Assembly (NCBI GenBank): GCA_046758745.1
Contig: JBHIAV010000008.1
Span: 1-64,000 of the forward strand
Length of the DNA stretch: 64,000 nucleotides
Origin: Gemmatimonadota bacterium
GTDB lineage: Bacteria; Gemmatimonadota; Gemmatimonadetes; Palauibacterales; Palauibacteraceae
Direction of reading: 5' to 3'
In this document: one piece after another, positions 9,324 to 19,924 of the stretch
How positions within the stretch are numbered: the stretch's first letter is position 1
Layout: each line of letters begins with the position of its first letter
Notes under the pieces: generated by a model
Told to the model about the DNA's origin: nothing
Seen by the model: the letters and a program-made list of their open reading frames with translations, nothing else
Database searches by the model: none
Made by a program: the position numbers and the translations under genes

Positions 9324-11614
9324 GGACGCCGACGAGTCGGTCGAGCACGGCCACCGCCGGCGAAGGTAGCCGGGCACTTCGCGGGCGCCGGAGATGCGCT
9401 GCCTGCCTGGCCGCCAGCCTGCTGCTCCCCGTCGCCGCCTCCCCGATCGCCGCTCAGATCGCCGAGGGCGGGCTCACCGTGCGGCGCATTTACGGCACGG
9501 CGGACTTCGAGGGAGAGTCCTTTTCGGTCGTCTGGCGATCCGATGGGAAGCACTGGACGGCCGTGGAGAAGGATGCCGCCGGGGACGACGAGCTGTGGCA
9601 GACCGAAGCGATCACCGGAGCCCGCGAGCTCCTCGTCTCTGCCGAGGAGCTGGTTCCGGCCGGAGCCGCGGGGCCGATCGAGATCGAGCAACACGCCTTC
9701 TCGAGCGACGGCCGCCGGGTCCTGATCTTCACGGAGACCGAGCGCGTCTGGAGAGACAACACCCGGGGCACGTACTACGTCTTCGATCTACAGAGCCGGA
9801 TCCTGCAGCTCGTCGGCTCCCGTCCCGGCGGCCACATGTTCGCCAAGTTCTCGCCGGATGGCTCTCGCGTGGCGTTCGTGCGAGACAACGACATCTTCGT
9901 CTTCGACCTCGCTTCCGGCGAGGAGCGACGTCTGACCTACGACGGTAGCGAGACGATCATCAACGGGACTACGGACTGGGTATATGAGGAGGAGCTCTCC
10001 CTCCGCGACGCCTTCCAGTGGAGCCCGGACGGACAGCGCATCGCCTACTGGCGCTTCGACCAGAGCCCGCTGCGCGCCTTCTACCTGCTCGACGAGTCGA
10101 GCCTGTACCCCTCGCTCACCCGAATCCTGTACCCGAAGGCCGGCGAGAGGAATTCCATCGTCCGGGTGGGATCGCTGGAGGTGGCCAGCGGGGAGACGAC
10201 CTGGTTCGACACGGGCGCGGAAGAAGACGTCTACGTCGCCCGCATGGAGTGGGCCGAGTCCTCGGAGGAGGTACTCATCCAGCGCCTGAACCGGCACCAG
10301 AACCACCTGGATGTCCTGCTGGGCGACGCGCGCACGGGTGAGACGCACCTCCTGTTCAGCGAGACCGACGACGCGTGGGTGGAGGTGCGCGACGACCTCG
10401 AATGGATCGAGAACGGACGTCGCTTCGTGTGGACCAGCGAGCGGGACGGCTACCGCCACCTGTACATGTACGAGCGGGAGGGCCGCCTTTTTCGCCAGAT
10501 CACCCGCGGCGAGTGGGACGTGACCTCGTTCCACGGGGTGGACCAGAGAGCCGGCCTCGCCTACTTCACGGCGGCCATGCACAACCCCGTGACGCGCTCC
10601 GTGTACGCGGTCTCGCTGACCCGCTCCACAGCACCGAAGATGGTGGCAGGCGGCCGCGGTGTGCACGAAGCGGAGTTCAGCCCGGATTTCCGGCTCTTTC
10701 TTGATCGACACTCGAAGATCGGAACGCCCCCGCGCACGGTCCTCCGCCGGGCCGATGGGTCCGAGGTCCGGGTCGTGTCGGAGAACGCCGAGCTCGCCGC
10801 CCGGGTGGACTCGCTGGGCTTGCGGGAGCCCGAGTTCATCACGGTGAGCGCGGCGGACGGGACACCGCTCAACGCTTACATACTGAAGCCGCCCGATTTC
10901 GATCCCGGGCACGCCTACCCGCTTCTCATGTACGTGTACGGCGGCCCCGGCTCGCAACGGGTGCTCGACCAGTGGAGCGGCAGTCGCTATCTGTGGCACC
11001 AGATGCTGGTGCAACGCGGGATCCTGGTGGCCTGTGTCGACAATCGGGGAACGGGGGGACGCGGTCGGGATTTCACCCGGCAGGTTTATCTGAGGCTGGG
11101 CCAGCTCGAGACGGCCGATCAGGTAGCGGCGGCCCGGGAGCTCGGGGCGCTCCCGTACATCGATGAGTCCCGCATCGGCATCTGGGGGTGGAGCTACGGG
11201 GGGTACATCACCCTCCTCGCGCTTCTCGAAGGCGAGGGAACGTTCGCGGCGGGGGTCTCCGTGGCGCCGGTCACCGCGTGGGAGCTGTACGACACGATCT
11301 ACACCGAGCGCTACATGCGCACCCCGGCGGAGAACCCCGATGGGTACCGCGCAGGAACCCCGCTCACGCGCGCCGCGAAGCTCGAGTCGGCCGTGCTCAT
11401 CGTACACGGCACGGGCGACGACAACGTGCACGCGCAGCATACGATCCGGATGGTGGAGGCGCTCGAGGAGGCGAGCAAGCAGTTCGACATGCGCCTCTAC
11501 CCGAGCAAGACTCACTCGCTCTCGGGGCGGACGACGCGTGTGAACCTGTACGAGATGATCACCCGCTTCGTGATGCGGGAGTTGGGGGGAGAGGCCGCTC
11601 GGCCGGCCAGCTGA
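9320..11614 (+). CDS. Dipeptidyl peptidase IV (S9B family), secreted
   Basis: Signal-like LAASLLLPVAASPIAA, DWVYEEE motif, nucleophile GWSYGG, DDNVH and a C-terminal His. GTGA overlap with the upstream gene. Start approximate. Confidence 0.9.
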   Translation: MRTPTSRSSTATAGEGSRALRGRRRCAACLAASLLLPVAASPIAAQIAEGGLTVRRIYGTADFEGESFSVVWRSDGKHWTAVEKDAAGDDELWQTEAITGARELLVSAEELVPAGAAGPIEIEQHAFSSDGRRVLIFTETERVWRDNTRGTYYVFDLQSRILQLVGSRPGGHMFAKFSPDGSRVAFVRDNDIFVFDLASGEERRLTYDGSETIINGTTDWVYEEELSLRDAFQWSPDGQRIAYWRFDQSPLRAFYLLDESSLYPSLTRILYPKAGERNSIVRVGSLEVASGETTWFDTGAEEDVYVARMEWAESSEEVLIQRLNRHQNHLDVLLGDARTGETHLLFSETDDAWVEVRDDLEWIENGRRFVWTSERDGYRHLYMYEREGRLFRQITRGEWDVTSFHGVDQRAGLAYFTAAMHNPVTRSVYAVSLTRSTAPKMVAGGRGVHEAEFSPDFRLFLDRHSKIGTPPRTVLRRADGSEVRVVSENAELAARVDSLGLREPEFITVSAADGTPLNAYILKPPDFDPGHAYPLLMYVYGGPGSQRVLDQWSGSRYLWHQMLVQRGILVACVDNRGTGGRGRDFTRQVYLRLGQLETADQVAAARELGALPYIDESRIGIWGWSYGGYITLLALLEGEGTFAAGVSVAPVTAWELYDTIYTERYMRTPAENPDGYRAGTPLTRAAKLESAVLIVHGTGDDNVHAQHTIRMVEALEEASKQFDMRLYPSKTHSLSGRTTRVNLYEMITRFVMRELGGEAARPAS

Positions 11615-11720
11615 GGCGGCGAAGCGCCGACCAAGACGATGGGAGCCGGCTCAGGACCGGCCGCGAGGATGGCGTCGTCGGGCGGCCGTGCTCCCGCGGG
11701 CGCCTGGCAGGGATGAAGGA

Positions 11721-12362
11721 ATGCGGATCACCGAGATCTTCTTCTCCATTCAGGGCGAGTCGAGCTACACCGGGCGCCCGTGCGTCTTCGTACGGACCAC
11801 CGGCTGCAACCTGCGCTGCACATGGTGCGATACCCCGTACGCCTTCTACGGCGGGCGCGACATGAGCCTCGACCGGATCCAGGCGGAGGTGGAGCGGATC
11901 GGCCGGGGGTGCCGGCTCGTCGAGTTGACCGGGGGGGAGCCTCTTCTGCAGCACGATATCGGCGACCTCGCGCGGCGTCTTCTCGATGCCGGCTACACCG
12001 TTCTGTGCGAGACCAGCGGCAGCGTCCCGGTCGACCGCGTGCCGCCCGACGTCGTCAGGATCATGGACGTCAAGTGTCCGGGGAGCGGGGAATCTGACTC
12101 GAACGACTGGCGCAACCTGGACCGCCTCGACCCGACGCGGGACGAGCTCAAGTTCGTGATCCGTGACCGAGCGGACTACGAGTGGGCCGTCCAACAGATC
12201 CGGCGGAGGAGCCTCGAGAGATTCCCGATCTACTTCTCTCCCTCTTTCGAGGAGATGGACCGGCGAGAGCTGGCCGAGTGGATCCTCGCCGACGGGCTCC
12301 CGGTCCGCATGCAGCTCCAGCTTCACAAGCTGATCTGGGACCCATCGGCCCGCGGCGTATGA
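11721..12362 (+). CDS. queE: 7-carboxy-7-deazaguanine synthase (radical SAM)
   Basis: Motifs EIFFSIQGE, CNLRCTWCDT, LTGGEP and QLQLHK. Confidence 0.9.
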   Translation: MRITEIFFSIQGESSYTGRPCVFVRTTGCNLRCTWCDTPYAFYGGRDMSLDRIQAEVERIGRGCRLVELTGGEPLLQHDIGDLARRLLDAGYTVLCETSGSVPVDRVPPDVVRIMDVKCPGSGESDSNDWRNLDRLDPTRDELKFVIRDRADYEWAVQQIRRRSLERFPIYFSPSFEEMDRRELAEWILADGLPVRMQLQLHKLIWDPSARGV

Positions 12363-12444
12363 TGGGATCGCGGGTAGGAGGGGCCCCGCGCCGTGGCCGG
12401 GCCGATGCGAGGAGCCGACCGGGCCCGATCTCCACCTCCGCCGG

Positions 12445-13740
12445 CTAGGGGGAGGCGGACGATCCCCCGGGGGAACTCAGGAGCACCGCCCGCCGTTCGG
12501 CGCGCACTCGCCGCAGCCGCGCGATCGACGCCATCCCGAACGCGGGTCCGGCGGCGAGGACCGGAAACGCCCACTGCCACCCGCTCGCCAGGCTGATCAG
12601 GGGCACCAGCTGGATCGTGACCATGGTGAGGAGGAACCCGAGCGAGGTCTGGATGGTGAGCGCGGTCCCGACCGCGTGGTCGGGCACGACGAGGGTGACG
12701 AGGGTGCTGAACTGCGCGGAGTCGGCGATCACGAAGAATCCCCATACGCAGGCGACGGCGAAGAGAAGCCAGGGCCCCTTCCCGAAGAAGAAGCCGACGA
12801 GGAGCGCGCAGGCGCCGCTCGCCGCCAGCGCGCGGATCACCAGGCTCTCGTAGCCGATCCGGTCCGCCACCCGGCCTCCCCACACGCAGCCGAGGCCGCC
12901 CACCGCGATGGCGCCGAAGGCCAGGATCTTCACCAGCATCTCCGTTGCCGGCGCGGCTCCCCCGCCGGAAGCCGCCTCGGCGCTCGCCGCGAAGAACGCC
13001 GCGATCCATGTCCAGAAGGCGTACAGCTCCCACATGTGTCCGAGGTAGCCGCCCGTCGCGAGCCGAAACTCCCGCACCCGCAGGAGCTTCCCCACGAGCG
13101 CCCAGGAGAACGCCCGGCGGGTGAAGGCGTAAGGGCCGTCGCGGTAGACCATCCCGACCACGATCGCGGATGCGGCGGCCGCTCCCGACGTCACGTAGAT
13201 GACGTTCTGCCAGTAGGCTCCTCCGATCGCGTCGGCCAGGTAGGGGAGGGCCTTTCCGACGGTGAGTGCCCCCACGATGGTTCCGATGGCCAGGCCGCGG
13301 CTCGATCGGAACCACGTCGCGGCCATCTTCATGGCGGGGGGGTAGACTCCGGCGAGAAAGAAGCCGGTGAGGAAGCGGAGGAGGAGCGCGACGCCCAGGC
13401 CGCCGGCCGCACCCAGCCCAAGGTTGGCCAGAGCCGCGAGGGAGGCGGCCGCCGCGAAGTAGAGCCGACTGCGGACCACATCGGCCAGGTTGAGGACGGC
13501 AGCGCACAGGGTGCCGGCGACGAACCCGAGCTGGACGACGGCGGTGAGCCACGCGGCCTGACTCGTCCCGAGACCCCACAGCTCGCGGAGCTGCGGTGAA
13601 ACGGCGCTGGCGGCGAACCACGGCGACATGCCGAGGAGCTCGGCTAGCGAGAGGATGGCGAGCATGCGCCAGCGGGCCGGATGCGCGTCGGGGCGGAGCG
13701 CCTCGTCGGGTTCCGGAGCTCCCGATGGTGAAGGGCGCAA
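12445..13740 (-). CDS. MFS transporter
   Basis: About 12 TM segments, with AGVYPPAMK, GYLGHMWELYA and IADSAQFS motifs. Start placed at TTG 13740 behind a GGAG (uncertain). Confidence 0.8.
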   Translation of the reverse strand: MRPSPSGAPEPDEALRPDAHPARWRMLAILSLAELLGMSPWFAASAVSPQLRELWGLGTSQAAWLTAVVQLGFVAGTLCAAVLNLADVVRSRLYFAAAASLAALANLGLGAAGGLGVALLLRFLTGFFLAGVYPPAMKMAATWFRSSRGLAIGTIVGALTVGKALPYLADAIGGAYWQNVIYVTSGAAAASAIVVGMVYRDGPYAFTRRAFSWALVGKLLRVREFRLATGGYLGHMWELYAFWTWIAAFFAASAEAASGGGAAPATEMLVKILAFGAIAVGGLGCVWGGRVADRIGYESLVIRALAASGACALLVGFFFGKGPWLLFAVACVWGFFVIADSAQFSTLVTLVVPDHAVGTALTIQTSLGFLLTMVTIQLVPLISLASGWQWAFPVLAAGPAFGMASIARLRRVRAERRAVLLSSPGGSSASP

Positions 13741-14125
13741 TGTCGCTCCGTCTTCGATAGCCGTTTCGCCTGCCGCGCTCCCCGCCGGCGCGGATCCGAG
13801 AGCCTCGGTACGGACCGGCGCGGAGGAGGATAAGGGACGAGACCTCCCCGGGTAAGTGGCGGCCCTTGCCGCGCGTCGCTGTGAGGCGGGTCGTTGAGGG
13901 CCGGTCCACGTGGGGGAGAAGCACCGGCGTACCGCTCGGGCCGTGCGGCCGGCCCCTCGAGGGCCGACATTCCCCGAGAGCGCTCGCGAGCTGCGAGTCG
14001 AGCGGGATCGACCAGCAGGTCGCGTCATCCCCGAGAGCCGTCGCGGGGGCGCGAGCTGCGAGGGAATCCCGTCTCCCCCACGGAGGGTGGCGCGGGCGAC
14101 TGGATCCGGTTCTATCAGGAGACGC

Positions 14126-15832
14126 ATGTCCGAGGACGAGCCCACCAGAGAGGTGTCGCAGGCCGAGGCGGCAGCAGGCCGGGCCGGCGAGCCGCGCTAT
14201 CGCCAGTTCGTCGAGACGGCCAACGAAGGGGTGTGGGTCCTCGACGCGAGCGGGCTGACCGAGTACGTGAACACCAAGATGGCGGAGCTTCTCGGGTATG
14301 CCCCCCATGAGATGAGAGGTCGGCCGTTCGTCGACTTCGTGCCGTCCGACGACCGCGCCCTGGCCGAGGAGGCTCTGCAGCGCCGCCGCAGGGGGATCGT
14401 CGAGCGCTACGACCTCCGCCTTCGCCGCAGGGACGGCTCTCGCCTCTGGGTGCTCGCAGCGACGAACCCGCTCCGCGGCGAAGACGGTGACGTGGCCGGA
14501 GCTCTGATGTGGATCACCGACATCTCCGGGCGTCGTCGCGTCGAGCGGCTCCTCCGACGGCGGGCCCGCCAGCGGGCCGCGGTGGCGGAGCTCGGACAGC
14601 GCACGCTGATGGGCGCCGAACTCCGCCAGCTCATGGACGAGGCCTCGGGCCTGATCGCCAGGATCCTGGAGGTCGAGATGTCGGCCGTGTGGGAGCTCCT
14701 GCCGGCAGGAGAGGCCCTGCGCCTGAGAGCCGGCGTCGGGTGGAAGCCGGGCATGGTCGGTCGCGCGACGGTGGGATCGGGGGTCGCCTCTCACCCCGGC
14801 TTCACGATCGGTTGCGGAGAGCCCGTGGTCATCGAGAGCCTGCTCTCCGAGAGGCGCTTTCCCTCCTCCCTCCTCCGCGAGCACGAGGTCCTCACCGGGG
14901 CGGGCGTGATCATCTTCGGCCGGCCGGGCCCGTGGGGGGTGCTCGCCGGCTACTCCACGCGACACCGCGCGTTCGACGAAGACGAGCTGAGCTTCCTCAT
15001 CTCGGTGGCCAACATCCTGGCCACGGCGATCGAGCGTCTGCGGACGGAGACGAGGCTGCGGGCGAGCCATGAGCGCCTAGAGCTCCTCTCTCGTGGGACG
15101 AGCGCCGTGTTCTGGGATCGGGATCTCGAAACGGGGAAGGTGTGGATGAGCATGGCATTCCACACCCACTTCGGCTACCCTCCGGCCGAGTGCGAACCGA
15201 GCTTCGAGCAGTGGGCATCGCTCGTGCACGATGACGACCGCGAGCGCGTGTCGGCCGGGATCGACCGGCTCATGGCGGGCGAGGATCGGTTCTGGTCGGA
15301 CCAGTACCGGTTTCGCCGCGCCGACGACACATACGTCGAAGTTTCCGACCATGGCTGCGTCGTACGCGACCCCGCCGGCCGCCCGATCCGGGCCTTGGGC
15401 GCGATGCTGGACCTCACGATGCGCAGGGAGCTCGCGAGGCGACGCGCGCTTCCGGGGACGGGTTCGAAAACGATCCTGCTCGTGGCGGATGACGCCTCGG
15501 TACGCTCGGTGGCGCGGCGGATCCTGGAGAGCGACGGGTATGCGGTGGTCGAGGCGGAGGGACGCCGCGCCCTCCAGCTCGCCGAGGGACACGCCGGGCC
15601 GCTGCATCTCGTGCTGGTTGACGCGGCGCTGGCGCAGGCAAGCGGGCCGGAGCTCGCCGAACAGCTCCTCCGGCGTCGGCCGGGTCTCGAGGTGATCTAC
15701 CTCGCCGGCTGCACGGATGGCGAGCTGCTGCGCCGCGCCGTCCCGGAGACGGAGCTGCGGCGGATCGAGAAGCCGTTCACCTCGGACGCTCTGCTTCGCG
15801 CCGTGCGCGGCGCCCTGGGGAACGCGCCCTGA
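14126..15832 (+). CDS. PAS-GAF-PAS-receiver signalling protein lacking a histidine kinase core
   Basis: PAS (YRQFVETANEGVW...DIS), GAF (PWGVL...FDEDELSFL), PAS (W..LVHDDDRE...YRFRRAD), then directly a receiver domain (TILLVADD...VLVD...KPFT). AGGAG SD. Confidence 0.8.
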   Translation: MSEDEPTREVSQAEAAAGRAGEPRYRQFVETANEGVWVLDASGLTEYVNTKMAELLGYAPHEMRGRPFVDFVPSDDRALAEEALQRRRRGIVERYDLRLRRRDGSRLWVLAATNPLRGEDGDVAGALMWITDISGRRRVERLLRRRARQRAAVAELGQRTLMGAELRQLMDEASGLIARILEVEMSAVWELLPAGEALRLRAGVGWKPGMVGRATVGSGVASHPGFTIGCGEPVVIESLLSERRFPSSLLREHEVLTGAGVIIFGRPGPWGVLAGYSTRHRAFDEDELSFLISVANILATAIERLRTETRLRASHERLELLSRGTSAVFWDRDLETGKVWMSMAFHTHFGYPPAECEPSFEQWASLVHDDDRERVSAGIDRLMAGEDRFWSDQYRFRRADDTYVEVSDHGCVVRDPAGRPIRALGAMLDLTMRRELARRRALPGTGSKTILLVADDASVRSVARRILESDGYAVVEAEGRRALQLAEGHAGPLHLVLVDAALAQASGPELAEQLLRRRPGLEVIYLAGCTDGELLRRAVPETELRRIEKPFTSDALLRAVRGALGNAP

Positions 15833-15849
15833 AGGCAGGAGAAGCTCTT

Positions 15850-17811
15850 CTAGCCTTCCTCCTCGTACTTCTCCTTCAAGCTCTCCACCACCGTCGGGTC
15901 GGCCAGGGTGGTGGTGTCACCCAGGGCGCGCCCCTCCGCGATGTCACGCAGCAGGCGACGCATGATCTTGCCGCTTCGCGTCTTCGGCAGGTCGGCCGTG
16001 AAGATGACATCGGCGGGCTTGGCGATCGCGCCGATCTGCTTGACCACGTGCCGACGAAGCTGCTCCTGGAGCTCGGCCGACGTCTCGACCCCCTCCTTCA
16101 CCGAGACGAACGCGGCGATCGCCTGTCCCTTCAGCTCGTCGCTCCGCCCTACCACGGCCGCCTCCGCGACCGACGGGTGATCGACCAGCGCCGACTCCAC
16201 CTCCATGGTGCCGATCCGATGGCCGGCCACGTTCAGCACGTCGTCCACCCGGCCCATGATCCACAGATAGCCGTCCTCGTCGCGCCGCGCCCCGTCACCC
16301 GGGAAGTATCGCCCCTCCCACTTCGACCAGTACGTGTCCCGGTACCGCTGCTCGTCGCCCCAGATCCCCCGCAACATGGCGGGCCACGGTGAGGTGATGC
16401 AGAGGAAACCGCTCTCGGCCTCGCGGCCCGCGGCGTCGAGGATCGTCGCCTCGATCCCCGGGAAGGGGACCGTCGCCGAGCCCGGCTTCGTGACCGTCAC
16501 CCCGGGTAGGGGCGTGATCATGATCGCGCCCGTTTCGGTTTGCCACCACGTGTCCACGATCGGGCAGCGTTCACCGCCGATGCGCTCGTGGTACCACGTC
16601 CAGGCCTCCGGGTTGATCGGTTCCCCGACCGTGCCGAGGAGACGGAGGCTCGACAGGTCGTATCGCGCGGGCCACTCGGTTCCCCACTTCATGAAGGCGC
16701 GGATCGCGGTGGGGGCCGTGTACAGAATCGTCACGCCGTACTCCTCGCACAGCTTCCAGAAGCGCCCGCGGTCCGGCCAGTCCGGCGCGCCCTCGTACAT
16801 GAGCGCCGTGGCCCCGTTGGCCAGGGGGCCGTACACGATGTAGGAGTGCCCGGTGACCCACCCGATGTCCGCCGTACACCAGTAGATGTCCTCGTCCCTG
16901 ATGTCGAATACCCATTTCATCGTCGCCACCACCTGGGTCAGGTAGCCTCCGGTGGTGTGGACGATGCCCTTCGGCTTACCGGTCGTCCCCGAAGTGTACA
17001 GGATGTACAGGAGGTCCTCCGCGTCCATCTCTTCGGCCGGGCAGTCCGGGGAGGCGTCCGCTACGAGCTCGTGGTACCAGTGATCGCGGCCTTCGCGCAT
17101 GCGGGCGGACGGATCCTCGGCCGCGGAGCCCCGTTCCCTCTGCACGACCACCACGTTGTCGACGAAATCGAGCCCCTCGATCGCCTCGTCCGCGTTTCGC
17201 TTGAGCGGGATGATCCGACCGCGGCGGTATCCGCCATCCGCCGTGATGAGCACGCGGGCCTGAGCGTCCTCCATCCGGTCGCGCAGGGACTGCGGCGAAA
17301 AGCCGCCGAACACCACGGAATGCGGAGCCCCGATGCGGGCGCAGGCCAGCATCGAGATGGCTGCCTCCGGGATCATCGGCAGGTAGATTGCCACCCGGTC
17401 GCCGCGCTTCACACCGAGTCCCTTGAGGGCGTTGGCGCAGCGGCAAACCTCCCGGTGCAGCTGCCGGTAGGTGTAGACGCGGCGATCCCCGGGCTCGCCC
17501 TCCCATATGAGCGCGGCCTTGTTGGCCCGCCACCCGTCGAGGTGGCGGTCCAGGCAGTTGTAGGACACGTTGAGCCGACCGCCGGCGAACCACCGGGCGA
17601 AGGGAGGGTCCCAATCCAGAACTCGGTCCCACCTCCTGAACCAGTGCAGTCGCTCCGCCCAGCTCTCCCAGTACGCCTCGCGGTTCTCGGCGGCGCTCTC
17701 GTACGGGGTGGAGTCGCGGACGTGGGCAGCCTCCCGGAACGCCGCCGCTGGCTCGAACCGGCGCTCCTCCAGAAGGAGAACATCGATCTCGCGACGACGC
17801 GGCTCTGGCAT
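15850..17811 (-). CDS. acs: Acetyl-CoA synthetase (AMP-forming)
   Basis: Motifs [23 protein letters not shown] and [19 protein letters not shown]. Confidence 0.95.
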   Translation of the reverse strand: MPEPRRREIDVLLLEERRFEPAAAFREAAHVRDSTPYESAAENREAYWESWAERLHWFRRWDRVLDWDPPFARWFAGGRLNVSYNCLDRHLDGWRANKAALIWEGEPGDRRVYTYRQLHREVCRCANALKGLGVKRGDRVAIYLPMIPEAAISMLACARIGAPHSVVFGGFSPQSLRDRMEDAQARVLITADGGYRRGRIIPLKRNADEAIEGLDFVDNVVVVQRERGSAAEDPSARMREGRDHWYHELVADASPDCPAEEMDAEDLLYILYTSGTTGKPKGIVHTTGGYLTQVVATMKWVFDIRDEDIYWCTADIGWVTGHSYIVYGPLANGATALMYEGAPDWPDRGRFWKLCEEYGVTILYTAPTAIRAFMKWGTEWPARYDLSSLRLLGTVGEPINPEAWTWYHERIGGERCPIVDTWWQTETGAIMITPLPGVTVTKPGSATVPFPGIEATILDAAGREAESGFLCITSPWPAMLRGIWGDEQRYRDTYWSKWEGRYFPGDGARRDEDGYLWIMGRVDDVLNVAGHRIGTMEVESALVDHPSVAEAAVVGRSDELKGQAIAAFVSVKEGVETSAELQEQLRRHVVKQIGAIAKPADVIFTADLPKTRSGKIMRRLLRDIAEGRALGDTTTLADPTVVESLKEKYEEEG

Positions 17812-17939
17812 CGGGGCCTCCTGTCGGGCGTCAGGGGTATGGGGATCGTCACATTAGAAGCGCCTTCGTCGGGGGCGCAAGAAAGCGACGCGGGGCGGCC
17901 GGTGTCGGGAAGTTCGCGACCTCCGAGGCGGTGGGCGGC

Positions 17940-18209
17940 GTGAGCGACGCGATCCTCCTGGTGATCCTCGTCGTCCTCATGGGTCTCGCCTTCGCCTTCG
18001 GGATCTGGGCCGGGCTCGGCTACCCCGGCCTGTACAACAGGTACGAGAAGACCGGCCGGGTGCCGCGCACCGCCCCCTACAAGCAGCTCATCGATCGGTT
18101 CGTCGGGCGGAAAGTCGGCACGGAGGGAGAGGGGCGGTCGGAGCTCGGCCGCCGCGGCGGAAGGCCGGGCCGGCTGCGTTGGGCGCGACGCACGCGGCGG
18201 GGTCGGTGA
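17940..18209 (+). CDS. Small single-pass membrane protein, unknown function
   Basis: Hydrophobic N-terminus with coding-like codons. Its stop overlaps the CDF start (GTGA). Confidence 0.6.
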   Translation: MSDAILLVILVVLMGLAFAFGIWAGLGYPGLYNRYEKTGRVPRTAPYKQLIDRFVGRKVGTEGEGRSELGRRGGRPGRLRWARRTRRGR

Positions 18210-19108
18210 GCGTCCCGAACGACGCTCGTCGCTCGGCGGTCCGGCGCGTGCTGTGGTGGGTGCTGGCCGCCAACCTGGTGGTGATCGCGGCGAAGATCGC
18301 GATCGGTGTCCGCTCCGGTTCGATCGCCGTTCTCGGCGACGCGGCCCACTCCGGGGTGGATGCGCTGAACAATCTCGTCGCCCTGTTCGCGGTACGGCTT
18401 GCCGCAGAACCTCCGGATGAGGAGCACCCGTACGGGCACGGTAAGTTCGAGACGCTCGGTGCCCTGGCGGTGGTGAGCTTCCTCTCCATCACCTGTTTCG
18501 AGCTGATCACGGGAGCGGTGGGCCGGCTCCTGGCGAGCTTTCCGCCTCCCTCGATCGAGCCGGTGACTTTCTGGGTGTTGGCCGGCACGATGGTGGTCAA
18601 CGTCGGCGTGGCGCGGGCGGAGGCCAGCACCGGGAGGCGTCTGGGCAGCGAGCTGCTGCTCGCGGACGCACGCCACACCGCCGCGGATGTCCTCGTCACG
18701 CTGTCGGTGCTGTTCGGTCTGGTGCTGATCGTCGTGGGGTGGCCGGAGGCCGACGCCTGGCTCGCGATTCTGGTCGCCCTCGTCATAGCGCGGAGCGGCC
18801 TCCAGATCCTTCGCAGCACCGTTCCGGTGCTGGTGGACAGCCGGGCGCTCGATGCGGAGCGCATACGTTCGCTCGCCACGGAGACTCCCGGGGTGATGGA
18901 CGCCACCGAAATACGGTCACGCGGCCGTCCGGGAGAGGCGTTCGCCGAGCTGACGATCCGCGTCGACCCTGGGAGCGATCTGGCCGAGGCGCACCGCATC
19001 GCCGATACGGTCGAAAGGAAGCTCGCAAGGGCGGCCGGCTTCTCGAAGGTCGTGGTGCACGTCGAGCCGGTTGCCGACGGCGACAGCGTGGCGGATCATG
19101 CCGATTGA
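18206..19108 (+). CDS. Cation diffusion facilitator family transporter (FieF-like)
   Basis: Motifs DAAHSGVD, PPDEEHPYGHGKFE, ADARHTAAD and a C-terminal VVVHVEP. Confidence 0.9.
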   Translation: MSVPNDARRSAVRRVLWWVLAANLVVIAAKIAIGVRSGSIAVLGDAAHSGVDALNNLVALFAVRLAAEPPDEEHPYGHGKFETLGALAVVSFLSITCFELITGAVGRLLASFPPPSIEPVTFWVLAGTMVVNVGVARAEASTGRRLGSELLLADARHTAADVLVTLSVLFGLVLIVVGWPEADAWLAILVALVIARSGLQILRSTVPVLVDSRALDAERIRSLATETPGVMDATEIRSRGRPGEAFAELTIRVDPGSDLAEAHRIADTVERKLARAAGFSKVVVHVEPVADGDSVADHAD

Positions 19109-19734
19109 GCGGCCATCCTCCACAGACAGCCGTCGCCTCCGCGCCCCTCGCACTCGGCGTGCTCGACCGTGGCCTCACCGCGGTCGTAGCGCTCGACGCA
19201 CACGCGGAAGGCCGCCTCCAGGAGACGACAGCCCGAATCGGAGGCGCTCGCGCGCGCCAGCAAACAGCCCTCCACCACGAGTGATGGCGGCTCGGCGTGG
19301 GTCTGCACTGCGCCGGTCGGGTTCAGCGCGCGTGCGATGCGTCTCAGGTTCTTCAGGAGGCGGCGGCGTCGCATGCGATGCGGCAGAAGTCGTACCCCGA
19401 TGTGGGAGAGGGGGAAGCGGCTATTGAAGTGCGCTCGTGCCAGATTCTCGCCCGCACCGGCAAAAACGCGATCGGCGTCGGGCCGCCGGCCGATGAGACG
19501 GATGAGGTCCCCGAGCTCGCGCGCCTCCAGCGTGTTGCCACGGTCCTGCATCCCGGCGTAGCGGCGAATCTGGTTCTCCACGACGCCGCTGAGTCCGAGG
19601 CGTCGGGGGAGGCTCCGGGGGAAGGTCTCGTCCAGGAGGGTCTCGTCCGGCGTGTCGGTGTCGCGGAGGGCTTCGAGGATCGCGAGCGCGATCCGCGGGT
19701 GCACCGTGCCTTCCAACGAGGTCTCGGTGGCCAT
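19096..19734 (-). CDS. Hypothetical protein with a V4R-like Cys-containing C-terminal domain
   Basis: 212 aa ending VEHAECEGRGGDGCLW, with upstream GCLLA and GCRLL, similar to the V4R E.C...G...C motif. Preceded by TTGCCT-17-TAGCGT. Confidence 0.6.
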   Translation of the reverse strand: MATETSLEGTVHPRIALAILEALRDTDTPDETLLDETFPRSLPRRLGLSGVVENQIRRYAGMQDRGNTLEARELGDLIRLIGRRPDADRVFAGAGENLARAHFNSRFPLSHIGVRLLPHRMRRRRLLKNLRRIARALNPTGAVQTHAEPPSLVVEGCLLARASASDSGCRLLEAAFRVCVERYDRGEATVEHAECEGRGGDGCLWRMAAQSA

Positions 19735-19924
19735 ACGCGGAGAGACGCTACGCCGCGCCATGGGAGGAGGCAAGCGGCGCCACGAGAGAAGGGAGGTGTA
19801 GGGAGAGCCGGCAGGGCTCGCGGGCGTCTGGACCGGGTCGGCGAGGCGAGGTGCGGGAGGGCGTGAGGCGGCTCGCCATCGAGGTCCTCGATTCGGCCGG
19901 CGAGGCGAGGTGAGGGGGAGCGCG

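Noticed and set aside
11615-11720. preQ1 riboswitch upstream of queE
   Set aside because: The region is uniformly GC-rich, with no preQ1 stem-loop or A-rich tail.
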